From: Bilabrum cf. latius
Lineage: Eukaryota
Direction: 5' to 3'
Length of the DNA: 64,000 bases
Assembly: GCA_965178125.1 (NCBI GenBank)
Contig: OZ237768.1
Location: 124,001 to 188,000, forward strand
This document shows, one piece after another, positions 1-13,550 of the stretch. Position numbers and translations under genes: made by a program. Position 1 is the stretch's first letter, and the number at the start of each line of letters is the position of its first letter. The notes under the pieces are model-generated. The model was not told the DNA's origin and made no database searches. It worked only from the letters and a program-made list of their open reading frames with translations.

Positions 1-1271
1 ACCACATGTCTCGGTGCTGCACCCCTAGCCTGGGCGATCCTTGCTACCAACTCCGAGCTCGTGCGGATCTACTTAGGCGCAATGATGTACGCTCTGGCGT
101 GTGTATCCTCACAGCATCTGGAAATCGATCTCGCGCCTGTCAGCATCTGGGCCACACTTGCTCTGCCGCTCGAGTCTGGGTCTCGACGCATCAGGATATT
201 GATGTGTTCTTTCGTGAGGCATCCACCGACGCACATGCTCATGGCGCGGGTAGCACACGATTCTGAGTCGCTGCTGGAGTTTGGCAGTCTCAGCTTGGCG
301 ATCGTGCCGTCCGGGCTTTTGCAGTGGATCGTTGAGCCGTCTTCACAGTGAATCGCACAGAAACCATTCTTCGATTCGTCGAATGTCTGTAGCAGATCTT
401 CCGCGTCGGTGTGCATGCAGTGGAGCTTGATGCCTTGGCCCATGTACTTCGACAGCGATGATGCGAGTTTGGCTTTGAGGCGAGAAGGCTCAAAGACCAT
501 CGATCTTGCGGAGTATGGCTGGTATGGAGCCACCCCTGCTGCGTAATCCACCGAAGTTACGATCACTCGTGCATTCCAGGCTTCCTGGTAGATTGGTAGT
601 GATGGTCTCGGGGCTGTCTCCGGGTCTGCTGCAGTTGCCACGAGTTGAGCCTCCTCTTCAGGTCCAGATACCTTTAGACGCATTCTAGCGGGCAGGTACT
701 ATCGGACAATGCAGGTTGGTTCCCCCGTCGTGGTGATTTCCGTGATAGGTAGATTCGTCGCCGTGGCTGCAGACTGGAGTAAAGAGCTGTTGCCTCGGAG
801 CGGGGCCCAGTTCTCCCACTCCATCTCTCCCATGGCAGAGAGTTCCTCTTCGCCCTCTTCGCGTAGGTACGTTGCAAACCTTCTGATTCTCTGGTACTTC
901 TCCGAGAGTTCCGTGGTCCTTTCCGAGTCTGCAGCTGTTGCTGCTCCGGGTGGGACCTGGGGTGGCTCTCTGGTTAGGAGTGAGTCGATCTGCATGATTT
1001 CCTCAGTCGAGGGTTTCGGGCGGGACGTCGCGTACATAGACTTTAGTCCAAAGGTGATCGCCGCAGTGCAGTAGTCATGGAAGTCTTGAAAGAATGCTCG
1101 CCGTCCGGTTGTGGTCTTGAACTGGGGCGCTCGGCAGTGTGATTCGTTGTGCTTCTCTCGGGTTCGTTGGATCCACGGATCGACACTGAAGTTTTAACCC
1201 TGCCGGTACACCGCATCGTTGGGCTTATTCGATCGGTGTTGCACCCTGATGTCAAATTTTTGTATATGCAT
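1..1271 (-). CDS. Hypothetical protein, 3' end beyond the window edge, start uncertain (ATG 1037 or 1271)
   Basis: ORFs 699..1037 and 69..683 share a frame, are joined across TAG 699-701 and continue through TAG 69-71 to the edge. An upstream in-frame ATG at 1271 is separated from them by one TAA at 1194-1196. No recognisable domain. Confidence 0.45.
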
Positions 1272-1386
1272 CTTGCTATCCGTGTGCGCTACTTCGCTTG
1301 GAAGGCGGGTACAGCGGCAGCGGGTGCTGTCAGCCCAAAACGCTGACTCGAACGCTGAGCTCGTGAGCCTTAGTGGCGATTAGATT

Positions 1387-2429
1387 GTGCATGACTTTGC
1401 CACGCAGAAGTCGACAACGGTATTTATTCAGGACAAGCTCCAAAGCACCGATGGTTCGGCGCTAGAGTTTGACCCAGAGGCGATACGCTGGAGAGTAACT
1501 CTGCTGTATCGGGGCGCGGCTGTGCCTCCCGACCAGCCTATTTTCCTTGGCACCGAGGTGAATGATCTGTACAACTATGGCAAGTGGGTCCGATCGTCGG
1601 GGCGGTCATACGCACAGCATGGGGGTGAGCAGCAACCGCTGGTACGGGACGCGCAGAAATAGTCCTGTCCTGTTTCCAGTCCTGCCTCGCGAGCAGCGTG
1701 CAAACAGCGCATGCCCCGGGTTCAGCCGGCTTCAATCCAGCTATCTTAGAGCATGCACTACTCTCCATCGCAGAACATCCCGTCGCGGAGTCCGCGCTGT
1801 ACATCGCCCAGCACCACAAAGAGCTGCGGGACGCATCCATCGAGCGGCCCCCGCCCGCCGCCATCCGATGGCTTTGCGACACCCTCAACAACATGCGCGC
1901 AGAGGCCGCGGTGCGCGGGCAGTACAAACGGGTCCGCGATTGGTTTCTCGTGCTCATGCAGATCGCCCGCGCCGGCTCGCTCTCGGGTGCCTGCAGTGAG
2001 CTCGCTGCCACGGGCGCGGCTCTGGTGGAGCCTTGGCCGGATGCGAGCCGGCCCAGCCTCGGGTACCTTCGGTCTGCCATCTGGCACGTAAAGCAAGGGG
2101 ACATCGAGGAGCTGCAGAGCATCGGCAACATCGCGCAGAGCGACTGCGTGCTTGTGGCTGATGCTGCGCTGGAGGACCTGAAGCGGCTGCCGGGCTATCA
2201 CGACTCCAGGATGGCAGCTGGGGAGGAGGAGCCCGAAGCGGGCGCGGAGGAGTCCGAGTTGGAAACGGAGCGGGAGGAGGACTTCGGCACCGGCGCTGGG
2301 GGGGTCGCTGAGGGTGGTGCCGGTGGTGCGGGCGGGGGTGCAGCGGCGGGGGGCAGCAGCGGGGGAGCGAGCGGGGCTGGACCACCGGCAGGGGTCAGGT
2401 ACCCATTTAAGAGCGCGGGGGGGACGTGA
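1387..2429 (+). CDS. Hypothetical protein with acidic/Gly-rich C-terminus; 5' exon structure uncertain
   Basis: ORF 1698..2429 has coding-like GC-rich codons and ends in TGA. A possible intron donor GTGAG at 1625 could link it to upstream ORF 1387. Confidence 0.4.
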
Positions 2430-2632
2430 TTCATCCTTGTCATGTATTGCTTAGCTTTCTTTTCCGTGGCATACGAGGCCCGAGGTCAATATGCCTCAGC
2501 CCGATCCTGGTTCCGATCGGAGCAGAGCTTGGGCTGCAGTCTTCTTCCGCTCTCCCATGCAGAAACGATAACGATACCACTCATGCGGTACTGATTGATG
2601 ACCGTGCATGCCATGGACTAGCTTAAATTCTG

Positions 2633-4231
2633 ATGGACAGCAGCGCGGCAGATAAGTTCGATTGGCAGCCGCCAAGGTCGCGATTCGAGTGGACGCTTGA
2701 AGAGATCAAGGACGGCTCTGTTGCCAAGAGGTACCCGTTGTCGGGCGCAATGACCACGATTGGAAGGTAGGATGGCGCTGTGGATATTGTTGCTTTGCAT
2801 CCCAGTGTCTCGCGGAAGCACTGTCGAGTAGGATTCGGGCCAAAGGGCTACCTGTATGTCTGCGACGATAACTCAACTCACGGCACCTTTGTAAATAAGA
2901 AATAGCTCCCGCCTGGCAAATCTACTAGAGTGGATGTTGGTAGCACGATCCGGCTTGGCACATCGTCTCGGCTGTATCACATCGACAGGTAGCTGAACGG
3001 CGAAGACCATGCCGAATCGAAAGACGAGGCCTGTGCAGCCAGCGAGGGGGCAGACCAAACATCAGTCTCTTGGGGGTTCAACCGATTTCAGGAGGAAGCC
3101 GAGGGTGAGCAAGCCCCTCCGCAGCCGGGCTTGACCAACAGAGGCCGCCCGATGCTTGGCGCCAGCACCGCCGCGGCGGCAACCACCCATGCCAGCGGCG
3201 GTTCGATGGCCGGTGCAGGTGGCAACGCAGGCACCGACACAGCGGCGCGACAGCACGATGTCGACGCCAGGGACACTCGAGAAGCCCTCCTGCAGGACCA
3301 GCTGGAGTCCGTGAGGAGCGCCGGCGGCATGCTCGACCTCGACAGAGGCGCGGTGGCGGGAGACACCTTGGGCGCTGGTAGTGCGGGGGTCATCGGGGGC
3401 TTGCCGATGGCGGCTTTGGGGCGGCCATCGCAGGCTCATGGGAGGAAGGGTCAGTATTTGCTGGGTGCAGCGCTGCCACGGGGCACGGCTGGCAGGAAGC
3501 GGGGTCCTGAGGGCGGGCCCGTGTGTGAGGAGGGGGCGGGGGGGGGAGGCGCGGCCAAGAGGGCGAGGGTGGAGGCCGGGGGCGATGGATCCAGCGGGGG
3601 GGATGGTGCGGGGATGGGACAGCGAGGCACGGGCAGGTCCAAGCTGAAGTTTGGGTCATTCCGTCGGCTGGCCAAGAAAAAGGCGCCATCAGGTGCCAAG
3701 CAGCAAGGTGCAGATGGAGGCAGTGCGCGAACTGCCACAACCACTGTGCCGCCAGTTGGATCGCAGGGGGAACCAGCTGGTAATAGCACTTCACAAAGCC
3801 GCCCGCAGTCCTAGGCAAAGGCCCGGGTCGGCATGGAAGGCACTGGGACGGCAAAGGCCCGGGTCGGCAGGGTAGGCACCGGGACGGCTGCCTCTGCATC
3901 CGACGAGCCCTAGCCCAGCAAGCCCGTGGCCCTCGGTGAAGCAGCCCTGCGTCGACTGGAGGGCAAGGCACGGGAGCTGGAGAGAGAGGTGTCCGTGCTG
4001 CGTCCACTGGAGCAGCAGCGAGAGAGGGCAGTGGGAAGAGCAGAAGAGCACTTGGGCCGGGTTCTGCAGGCGGATGGAGGCGGGCACGGGTCCATGGCCG
4101 AGTTTGATGCAAGGGCAGCGGTTGATACAGCCAAGACGAGGCTTGAGGAGGTGAGGCGCGACCTGGCCGCCGCCAGAACCAGCCTGGCCGAGGTCGAGGG
4201 CAAGCTGGCTGGCAAGTCGCTCAGCACGTGA
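2633..4231 (+). CDS. FHA-domain protein (kanadaptin/NIPP1-like FHA) with C-terminal coiled coil
   Basis: One frame from ATG 2633 to TGA 4229-4231 with 5 in-frame TAGs (2768, 2903, 2990, 3812, 3911). FHA motifs: TIGR*DGAVDIVALHPSVSRKHC...DDNSTHGTFVNKK*LPPG...IRLGTSSRLY. The ORF track misses the FHA part. Confidence 0.85.
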
Positions 4232-4348
4232 AGTGGATCCGGCGAGGGGGTGGTCACCTGGCTCGGGTACCGCGGATTGCAAGGATCCAGGGACGGTAGA
4301 CGAGAGTTAAAAATAAAAACAGGACATTCATCCTCGAATGGGTCTAAA

Positions 4349-6746
4349 TCATTTCATAGGAACCTGCCCTGACCCGGATTGGCTGCCCTCATTCTGCGCA
4401 TGCCCGCCCCTGCGCAAACAAGCACCCATCGCAGTAGTGCCACCCTCGCCCGCAACGCCAGCGCTACAAGTACTCGGGCTGAGCAGGCCGCTCCGGGGGT
4501 CTGGTGCAGCGGGGGCACCTGACAGGCTGCCGCTTCCCGGCGCCAGCCCGCTCCCGCTCGGGGCCTGCGCCGGGCCCAGCACCGGAGTGTGCTGCATGGA
4601 GCTGCTGCTCCAGCCCACGGAGCCGCTCGAGGCCGCGCTCGCGCTTGCACCCGCATTTGAGCTGGCTGCAGAGGATGCCGGCCTCTCGGCGCTGCAGCCG
4701 AAATCGGACGCGGTGGACACTGTGGCATTCGAGCCGGCTACAGGGGTGCGCAGCGGGCTGCGAGCGCACTCCGGCCCCCTGGCACCGGCACCGGTGGCTG
4801 TATCTGCGGGCGACAGTGCCAGACTGCTGGATTGCATGTTGGGCTGCATGCTGGGCTGCGGCGTGACAGGCGACTTTTGCTGCTGCTAGGGCGGCAGGCC
4901 CATCCCCATTGGATCGAAGGCCCCTATGGGGGCGGACGGCGAGGATGAAGACGAGGAGGAGGAGGAGCGGGGCGCATACCCGACGCTGAACCCTGCCCCC
5001 GCTCCCGCTCCAGTCGCGTGCACCAACCGATCTAGACCTCCCGCCCCCGCGCACCCGTCCCAGCTCATGCCCCTCGTCCGCCCCATGCCTCCGATGCCTC
5101 CCATTGCTCCAGCCCCCGTTGCGTTCCTCCAGGCCAGGTCTGCCCTCCGCTGCTCCTCGGTCCTCACGAACCTTCCCTTAACCCTGACCCTTTTATCCGC
5201 CAACTTCTTCCTGCAGTTGTACCTAACCTTCCGACTCCAGACCCTCCTCTTCCTCTTGTCATGGAACCGCTTCAGCAGCGCCCGCCGCTGGTCCACGTCA
5301 AACACCCCGATGCGCCCGTCCTCGTTGTACCCCAGTGCCAGCTCCGGCTCCAGCACGCCGCAGCACACACGAGCGTACTGCATGCTGGCCAGCGCGGCGG
5401 GCATCGACTCTGACCTTGCGCGCTTGCCGCTGCCCCTCCCGAACAAATTGGCGGCGCTGCCCGCAGCAGCGAGGGCAGCCGCACTGGGAGTCCGCTTGCG
5501 CCTGAGACCGGCCAGCCGACCCGTCCTGGGCCTATCGTCCCTCGAGCTGGTGATGGACCCGCTGCGGCCCAGCCAGTAGGCGGCCGCGTCGCTGGCTCTT
5601 CCCCTGGTGCGTGTGCCCGCTTGTCTCGGCGTGCCCGACGATGATGACGATGAGGAGGTGCTGGAGGAGGTGGAGCTGGATGGACCCAAAGGGCTGGCCT
5701 TGGCTTTGCCTCGAGCCTTGCCCGGCTTGGCACCGGATGGGCCGACCGCTCCTTGCAGCCCCCGGCCCGACGCAGAGGAGGGCATGCCTGCGAAGGACTG
5801 CGCCCTGCCGCGGCGCCGCGCATGGTTCCGCCCTGCGGGGGTGCCCCCCATGGCTTCGTGGTACCTGCTGGCTGCTTCCTCTAGCAAACTGGTCGCAACC
5901 ACCGGGCCGGGTCCGGAGCCGGGGCTGACAGTGCCCGGCAGTGCCGACGAAGAGGAAGAGGAGGTCCCGGCTGGCTCGGCCCCCTGGGGTTCACCCCCGC
6001 CCACCGCGCTGATACCGACGCTCATGCTGCTGCCAGTTCGACTGCCCGAAGTCGCGACTGTGAGCGCTGCGTCGGTAGTGGGCGGGCTGCCCGCGCCTTG
6101 AATCGACCTCGCAGGGCAGGGCCGGCCCTAGCTCTGGCCCTGGACCTGGTTATCGGAGCGGTTCGGTTGGTGCAGGCTGCCTGCTGCAATCGAATACAGA
6201 ACGTCTGCGGCTCGAGTAGCATGAAAGAAACGGTACGTCCTGATGAAAATCAGTAGACACATCTAAAACGATCCAAATCCAGCGGTGCGACCAGCCTGCA
6301 ACAACCGACCCGGCGGCGGATGACCGTGTGCTAGAGCCAGCACGCACACGAGAAACCGAATTGCGGAATCCGGGCCGAGCTGCCGTTTCAGAATAAGTCA
6401 TCTCACCGATAGAACCCGACCGTGCGCGGCCGCTTTGGCCGCTCTGCTAGGACGCTCGCTCGGCGATCCACTGCTAGCTGAAGTCATTGCGACCAGCTGC
6501 ATCGCTGCAAGCAGATGCCGACTAGGCAAATGAGAGCAGATCATGTGCAGTAGCTCGAGTTGGGCTTGGTAGCGGCTGCGAGACCACAGACTCCGACTGC
6601 GTCTCGGTGGGCAACCGAGACCCAGATTTTGCGCCCGACGCCCCGGATTGGTCCAAACGGGACGCAGGCGCCGGCTCACTGGAATCAGAGCTAGTTTCTT
6701 TTACTGTAGAAAGCTGGACCAACTCTGCTCCGTCTGGTGGGGCCAT
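4349..6746 (-). CDS. CCT-domain protein, probably 2 exons
   Basis: CCT motif RRALLKRFHDKRKRRVWSRKVRYNCRKKLADKRVRVKGRFVR. ORFs 4886..6025 and 4349..4849 are joined by TAG and end at TGA 4349-4351. Probable first exon from ATG 6746 to a GTGAG donor at 6406; acceptor near 6170-6190 not resolved. Confidence 0.8.
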
Positions 6747-7241
6747 TTGCAGCAAGCCACCCCCTCCTGAACCGCTCTCATCGGAAGTTGCAGTAGCGCT
6801 CGAACGGTTTTGGCCTGCTACTGCGTTCTACTGAAGTTCCAGGAGCAGTGCAGCCTCATCTCGGGACGGTGCCTGCGATACAAATCAAACTGTTGATGTT
6901 ATTGGCTTGTTGATGGTGCATGGAACATAGTTCTCGCATCTCATTCAAGATTTTCCCTGCGTCAACTGAACACAATACGCACTATTCACGACTAACCCGG
7001 GATCTTTGCATCTATGAGTGCATTGAATGCATCTAGAAGTATAGCTTTGGCTGAAATTTACGCAGTAATACTTAGTGAAACGCTTGAGTCTAGGCTAGAA
7101 ACTACAATCCATTGGCGAGCCGTTTTGAAATGTCTACCTTATAAATATATTAAATCAGATTACGAGACGTTGACGACCGAACTAGAAATTCTTGCAATCA
7201 GTCCGATCTGTGGCACGCTTCTATCACACACACGCTGTAAC

Positions 7242-10200
7242 ATGGACCACATACTATCAAACACTCGGTTGAAGAGGGGTAGCCATGAAAAGGGGAGGAA
7301 TCAAACAGCAACCTAGCACCCTCGCATCGGAGCATCAGCTGTGTCCGAGTCTGAGGGTGTAGCAAGCTCGTGCGTCTCCTCGCTCGCTTCTACAATGCGA
7401 GCATCCACTGGAACGCGTGGTTCGGAGCCAGTTCAAGGATCCCACGCCTCGATGGCAGTCTCGTACGCCTCGGTGCACATGAGCGAGAGAAAGCGAGCCT
7501 CCACGTCCCAGTCGGCTGTGCGATACGGTCTCAGCGAGCAGGCCAGGTCCGGCATGCAGGCTGCGGCAAAATCGAGTAAAGACGATAGTTTTTCGGGGTT
7601 GTCGGCCATAAAGCCACGGCCAACACCTGGGGTTGGCCGGCTTGCTCGCTCACGTAGCGAGGGGAGACGCTCGGGAGCAGACTTGCTCGCGCCGTCGCGT
7701 CAGCTCTTCCCGGGCCCATCCGCCCCTATGGATGAAACGAATCCTTCTCAATTTTCATCTCCAGAGCATTGCTCTGCTCCTGGCACCCGCACGACACACC
7801 GTGACAGCCCCGGCCGAGCGGGAGCAGACGGAGGCTGGCCCGGCGCTGCGGCGCATCATCTCGAGGGCGCCTCGGAGGGGCCCGGCCTCTTTGGCTCCCC
7901 GGATGTAACTCGCGCGCGATTGTCGCATGACTAGAGCCAGCACGCTGACGACCTGGAGACCGGTGCCGGCCTGCGACTGGAGGATATGGACATGCGTGCC
8001 AGCGGGGAGGAGGAGAACCATCGGTATGGGGAAGAGGAGGAGGAGGAGGAGGAGAGCGATATGACTGACAGAGCCAGAGCAGGTCGATGGGGCAGCAGCA
8101 CCCCTCGAGCCACGCTGTTCGGGTCATCTGGCAGCGGAAGCAGCAGCTGTGCTGATGGGCCGAGTGCCAGTGGAGCAGAGGCTGCGGCAGCAGCAGCGGA
8201 CGGTGGAGAGGAGGGTGACGACGACGACGAAGATGAAGATTGGAGAGAAGGGGCTGGGGGCAGGCACCAGAGCAGGTCCCAGTCCAGGACTCATCAGCGG
8301 GGCATGCGCGGGGGGGGCATCCCCCTCCCCAGCATGGCACTCTCAGACGACGAGGATGAGGACGAGGGGGAGGAGGAGATGCCGGGAATGAGGGGGGTGG
8401 GGCGCCCCTCCGCCTCCGCCTCCTCCTCCACTGGCCCGCTGTCCAGCGACAGGTCCGAGGGGAGGCACAGCCGCGACTCGTTCAGGCCTGTCCCGGACCA
8501 GAGCGCCTTCGAGGCCAACGAGACCACCGAGTTCCACGCCATCGGGTCTCCGGGGGCGCAGGGGAGCGTCGCCCAGCTGAGGGCCCCTCCAACTCCAGTG
8601 GCCAAGCGGGTCAGTCGGTCGCATGACCGTGACCCGAATGGGCTCCGGCGAGTGCCCTCGGTGGAAGAGACGCAGCTGCTGGTCGTGCTAGAGACGGTGA
8701 GGCTGGATGTACGCTCGCGCTGGGATGCACTGCACTGCACTGCATTGCCATCTTCCCGTGCCACACTACTACCTTTTGCATGCCCCCTAATTACCCCTGG
8801 CCCGGCATTCCTACTTCTCTTTCTTGCCCCCTTCCCTTCTCTTGTCTTCTCCTCCACCGCAGGGGCACCCAGAGGACTACTCCCTCTTCAGGGCCATGGG
8901 AGTGGACTTCCACGCCCTCAAGGAACACGAGGTAGCGGCGGTGGGCCCGAGGCAGGGGGAGGCGGGGAGCGCAGGAGTGATCCGGTCCGGCTGGTCACGG
9001 AGCTCGCAAGGGGCCAGCAGCGGCAGCCATCTCCAATCCGCCCGCCTGCCCGTCCCCAGCCCCTCTGGCTCCATGGGGGCCCGCACCGATGCCACTGCTG
9101 TGGAGAGGAGGTCTGCCGCATCGCCGCTGGCATCTGGGGGCCACAGGCTCGCGCTGCGTGCAGCTGCAGGCGGTGCTCTGGCCCTCCCCGCCGGCATTCG
9201 GAGGGCGGACTCGTTCTGCTCCTAGAAATCGGGCCACAGCGGGATCAGCGCCGTGGTGCGGCCGGCGCTGATGGACTCCATGGCGCCCTCTGCCCGCGCG
9301 AGCGACGTGACGGTGCATCCGATGCCCCAGTCCGCCGGCGGGTTCAGCTTCAACGAGTGCTTCGAGCAGCTTGGGGTGTTGGGCGAGGGCGCATTTTCCG
9401 TGGTGTATGCTGCCCGAGCCAAGGCCAACGGGGTGGTGTACGCCGTGAAGCGCAGCAGAGACCGCATGTCCTCCGCCGCGGAAAGGAAGAGGAACATGCG
9501 AGAGTTCTTCGCTGCGCAGCGCGCCGGGCCCCACCCGCGGCTGACTCGGTACATTGCTGCGTGGCAGGAGCAGGGGCACTTGTTCTACTGCGAGGAGATG
9601 TGTCCGAAGGGGAGCCTCAAGGATGTCGAGGCGCTGGTGGCCAAAGGAGACATGAGGGGGGCGGTGCCTGAGGAGGAGAACCCACGGGCGCCTGCTGGGG
9701 CCTAGTCCTCGTCCTAGTCGTCGTCCTCGTCATCTGCCCCGCTGCACGAATCGCACGGCGCTGCCCGCATCAAGGCGTCCAGGGTGCTGCCCGAGTCGGC
9801 CGTGTGGCTCGTGCTCGCGGATGTGGCGGGTGCTCTGGCCCACCTCCACGGCCGCGGGATGCTGCACATGGACGTGAAGCCTGACAACGTGTTCGTGGGT
9901 GATGACGGCCGCCTGAGACTAGGCGACCTCGGGATGGCCGTAAGGACCAAGAGAGCGGGGAGGAGGGGTAGCAACAGAGGCAGAGGGAGGGGCAGGGGGT
10001 GGGGGCCGAAGCGGGGCAAGGGGCGCGAGTCGTAGAGGTATCATTAGAGCCAGGATGATGCCAATGCAGTGGACTGTGCATCGGGGCGAGCCACCGAGGG
10101 ATGCGCGGGGAAATCTCGCCGAGCCTCCCTCGCCGCCACCGCAGCTGCAGCAGCAGGCAAGCTGGACCTGCCGTCCGGGCAGTCTCAGGTAGCGATGGGA

Positions 10201-13200
10201 GACGAGGATGATGACGATGAGTATGATGCAGGGCCGTGCAGCAGGGTGCACAGCGGGAGGGGGAGTCCCGTGGGTGATGAGGCTGCTGCTAGGCACGGCA
10301 TTGCAAAAGCTCACCTGGGCGAGAACAAAGGCTAGGACGTGGAATAGGAGGGGTGGGGCGAGATGCCCACCGCTGGGCGCGCAGGACGACCTGACCGACC
10401 GTCTGCAGCCCCCGGCACTGCCGTCAAGAGCAGGAACAGGAACAGGAACAGTCGGACAGACGGACCCAGGATCCTGTCGTTTGCCAGCGGGCCTCACACG
10501 CAGCCTCGGCCTCGGCCTGTCCCTGTCCCTGGTCCTGGTCCTGCGATTGGGTCCTCGCCCATTGGCCGCCGGGCCTTGTCTGGCTCGATGGGTCCACTGG
10601 GGGGAGGGAGGGGTGCCGCCAGGACCCTGCAGCTCGGCGGCCTGCCAGTGACTAGCAGCAGCGAGAGAGGGGGAGAAGAGCGGGCGGCGGTGAGTAGGTC
10701 CATTCGGCGCATTGACACGGCCGCGTTGGAGCTGGAGGCCGAGGCTGCCCTGGGACTGCGGGGCGTCGGCAGGGGCAGAGGCAGAGGCAGGGGCAGGAAT
10801 GGCAACAGAGAGGCGCATGCACATGCCCAGGTTGGAATGGACGATTCGGCTCAGTTCGTGGACAGCGATGAAGCAGGAACTGACTCTGATTCCGAGTCGG
10901 ACAGCGGCACGGAGGGCGGGCCAGAGCAGGAGCAGGATCAGGACAGCGGTAATGACCCCGGGGTGCTGCACGTGCGACGAACGGCCTCGGCTTTGAACTG
11001 GAGCGACAGCAGCGACAGCGATGAGTCCTCGGGTGACGACCGGGAGGAGGAGGAGGACAGGGACAGGGACAGCAATGACAGCCCGATGAGCGCCGAGAAC
11101 GCCTCCGAGGGCGACGCTCTGTACATGGCCCCCGAGCTGCTCGCGGCGGGCAACGCCTCCCCCAAGGCCGATGTGTTCTCCCTGGGCGTGCTTGCCTTCG
11201 AGCTCGCGTGGGGGCTGAGGGCGCCCGCCGCGGGGGATGCGTGGCACGCCATCAGGGAACACAGGCTCCCGCCCATCCCCCCCGTGCTGCACCGGTGCAG
11301 GACGCGGGTCCTCGCCAATGCGGTGCGCGCCATGCTGCACCCGGACCCGTCCAAGCGGCCCACCGCCAGGCAGATCTAGCAGCACCCCCGCGTGAAACAC
11401 GCTGCCGCCTCGTGCTGCGCGCGGCCAAAGCACGCTTCTGGTCCAGGGCCCGGAGGCAGCGGCGGGTTCACGCCTGCCCAGAGCTAGGGCCAGGGCCAGA
11501 AGCAGGCTGCTTCCGGCAGCGGCGGCCAGGACCCCTCGGGGTACTTCAGGCTTGCCCCCGACAGGGACCTCGCGGTGCAGGACCGGCAAGGCCAGGACTC
11601 CCTGCATGCGCGGGGGGCGCAGCTGGGCAGATCTGCTTCGTGCGGCGCTGATGCGCTCGAGGGTCCCTTGGCGGCTCTCCAGCAGCAGCAGCAGCAGCAG
11701 CAGCTCCAGATTGACGTCAAAGGTGCCAACCAGGCCGCTGCCGTCGCAGGGGGCGCTTGGCACCAGAGGGCAGGGTCTGGCGCGGCCAGCCAGGGGCATG
11801 CGATGCTGTCCCCCACGGATCTGGTCACTCCGGTGGGGCAGCACGAGGGCAGCGGGGCGGCGAGGGTCCCTTGGCTCGGCGCGCTTCCGGCTGCCATCCT
11901 GGAGGCTGCACCCGCTGATGGTGGTCGTGGCAACCAGAAAAATCAGAAAAATTAGAAGGCTGCTACATGCAATGGTGATGACGTGACCATGGCGAGGGGT
12001 GGCGGGACCTGGGCGAGATCGGAGGAGGGGGAGGAAGCCGGCAGTTGGGGCGAGCTGGCGCAGCGATAGTAGCAGAAGCAGCCCTCGATCGAGTTGCCAC
12101 CAGCTGGCGACAACCCGTGGTCGCAAGCAGGCGCAAGCACGGACGGGGGCAAAGGCTCTGCATGGTCACCCCTCCCGAAACACCCCCGCAAGCGCAGGCA
12201 GATGAGCGGGGGCCGGTACGAGGCGTCCTGCAGCCCCGCCGCCAAGGCCCAGGGCAGGCGCGCAAGGAATCGCCGGGGGTCTGTGGCGATGGAGGCAGCA
12301 GAGGACGGGGAGAGTGAGAGTGACGAGTGGGGATCCGGCGTCAACGAGGAGGATCGCGAGGCTCCCCGTGCGCAGAGGCATGGAGGCGACCCCGAGCAGC
12401 AGCGGATGCGCGACCCTAGGGCGAGCCTGTGGCCAGCAGCCGTCCCACCCACCGCCCGCAAGCCCCAAGGGACTGGAAGAATGCGACTGAGGCCGCAGAC
12501 GGGGACGCCGATCGGCATGCCACAGCCCCGAGGCGCAGCACCTGCTGGCCCGCTGGCACACGCGATCGACTTTGGGGACGGTGACAGGGTGCATCGCACT
12601 GCAGCTCCGTCCAGGTCCGCTAGGACGCCAGCCATCATTGGGGCCGGCCGCAGTCCTGCTCCTGCTCTAGCGCCCTCATCCTCCTCCTCGTGCTCCTCCA
12701 GGTCCTCCCAAGCCTAGTCTTTCCCATCGTCCTCCGCGTCCTTCACCCCCCGGCATGGGGGCAGCGGCGCGCGCAGTGACAGCGGCCGGGGCCAGGGCCA
12801 GGAGGCCCCTCCCACCACTGCCGTGAAGAGAGCCAGGCCGCTGGAGGAGCAGGGCAGGGTGCTGGGGCCCAGGTCACCTCAGGCTGCTGCCAACAGGCCC
12901 GCGCCCCTGACCGATGGAAAAGCGAGCGATGGTGGTCGGGGCATGGGCATGGGAGGGAGGGCACCCCGGAGACTCGACTTCAACTAGAGGATGGGCACGG
13001 CCAGATCAGGCGTGATACGGATGGAGGAGGATGAGGACGATGATCAGGTCGCGGGCCAGAGCGCGGGAGAGGGAGAGGGAGGGTCTTCGCTCGGGTCTAG
13101 CTGGACGGAAAGCAGGGGGCTGAGGGGCGGCAGTGGGGATGGGAATGGTAGCAGTTGGGATGCGGAATCGTGTGGGGTTGGGTCCTTTGCTCGCCGCGGG

Positions 13201-13269
13201 GAGTCAACAGGGAGGGAAGCTGTTCGTGCGGCTCGGGAGCAGCTCAGGAGGAGCAGGGGTGGAATTTGA
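7242..13269 (+). CDS. Wee1/Myt1-like protein kinase with long low-complexity extensions
   Basis: Motifs LGEGAFSVVY, AVK, HMDVKPDNVF, GDLG, EGDALYMAPE (the EGD motif is typical of Wee1/Myt1), ADVFSLG and RPTA. Intron 8697..8862 (GTGAG...CCGCAG). About 15 in-frame TAGs; ends at TGA 13267-13269. Start ATG 7242 is inferred. Confidence 0.8.
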
Positions 13270-13550
13270 TGGCGAGTAGGGCCCTGAGTGGCATGGAGTG
13301 TGCATGTGGGCCACGTATTGTTTGAGTTAGTTTTCCATCGCAGCGTCCACACTGATCCAACGGGTGTTTTCCACGACTTTCCAACCCCCGGAATATAGTT
13401 CCGGTTTTAAGACCAGGAACACGAGACGTGTCAGCGGAACGACACGGCTCACACACTAAAAAGAGTATCGATAGGAAGCAGGAATTTCTGCAGCCTTCCA
13501 AATTGGAAATCATACAGGTCGATCAAGCAGGATAGGTTTAGACGCTAGTC

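Noticed and set aside
9919-12126. Long antisense ORFs (e.g. 735 aa here, also 42215..43660 and 30635..31672)
   Set aside because: These are shadow ORFs of GC-rich coding sequence on the opposite strand, with no motifs.
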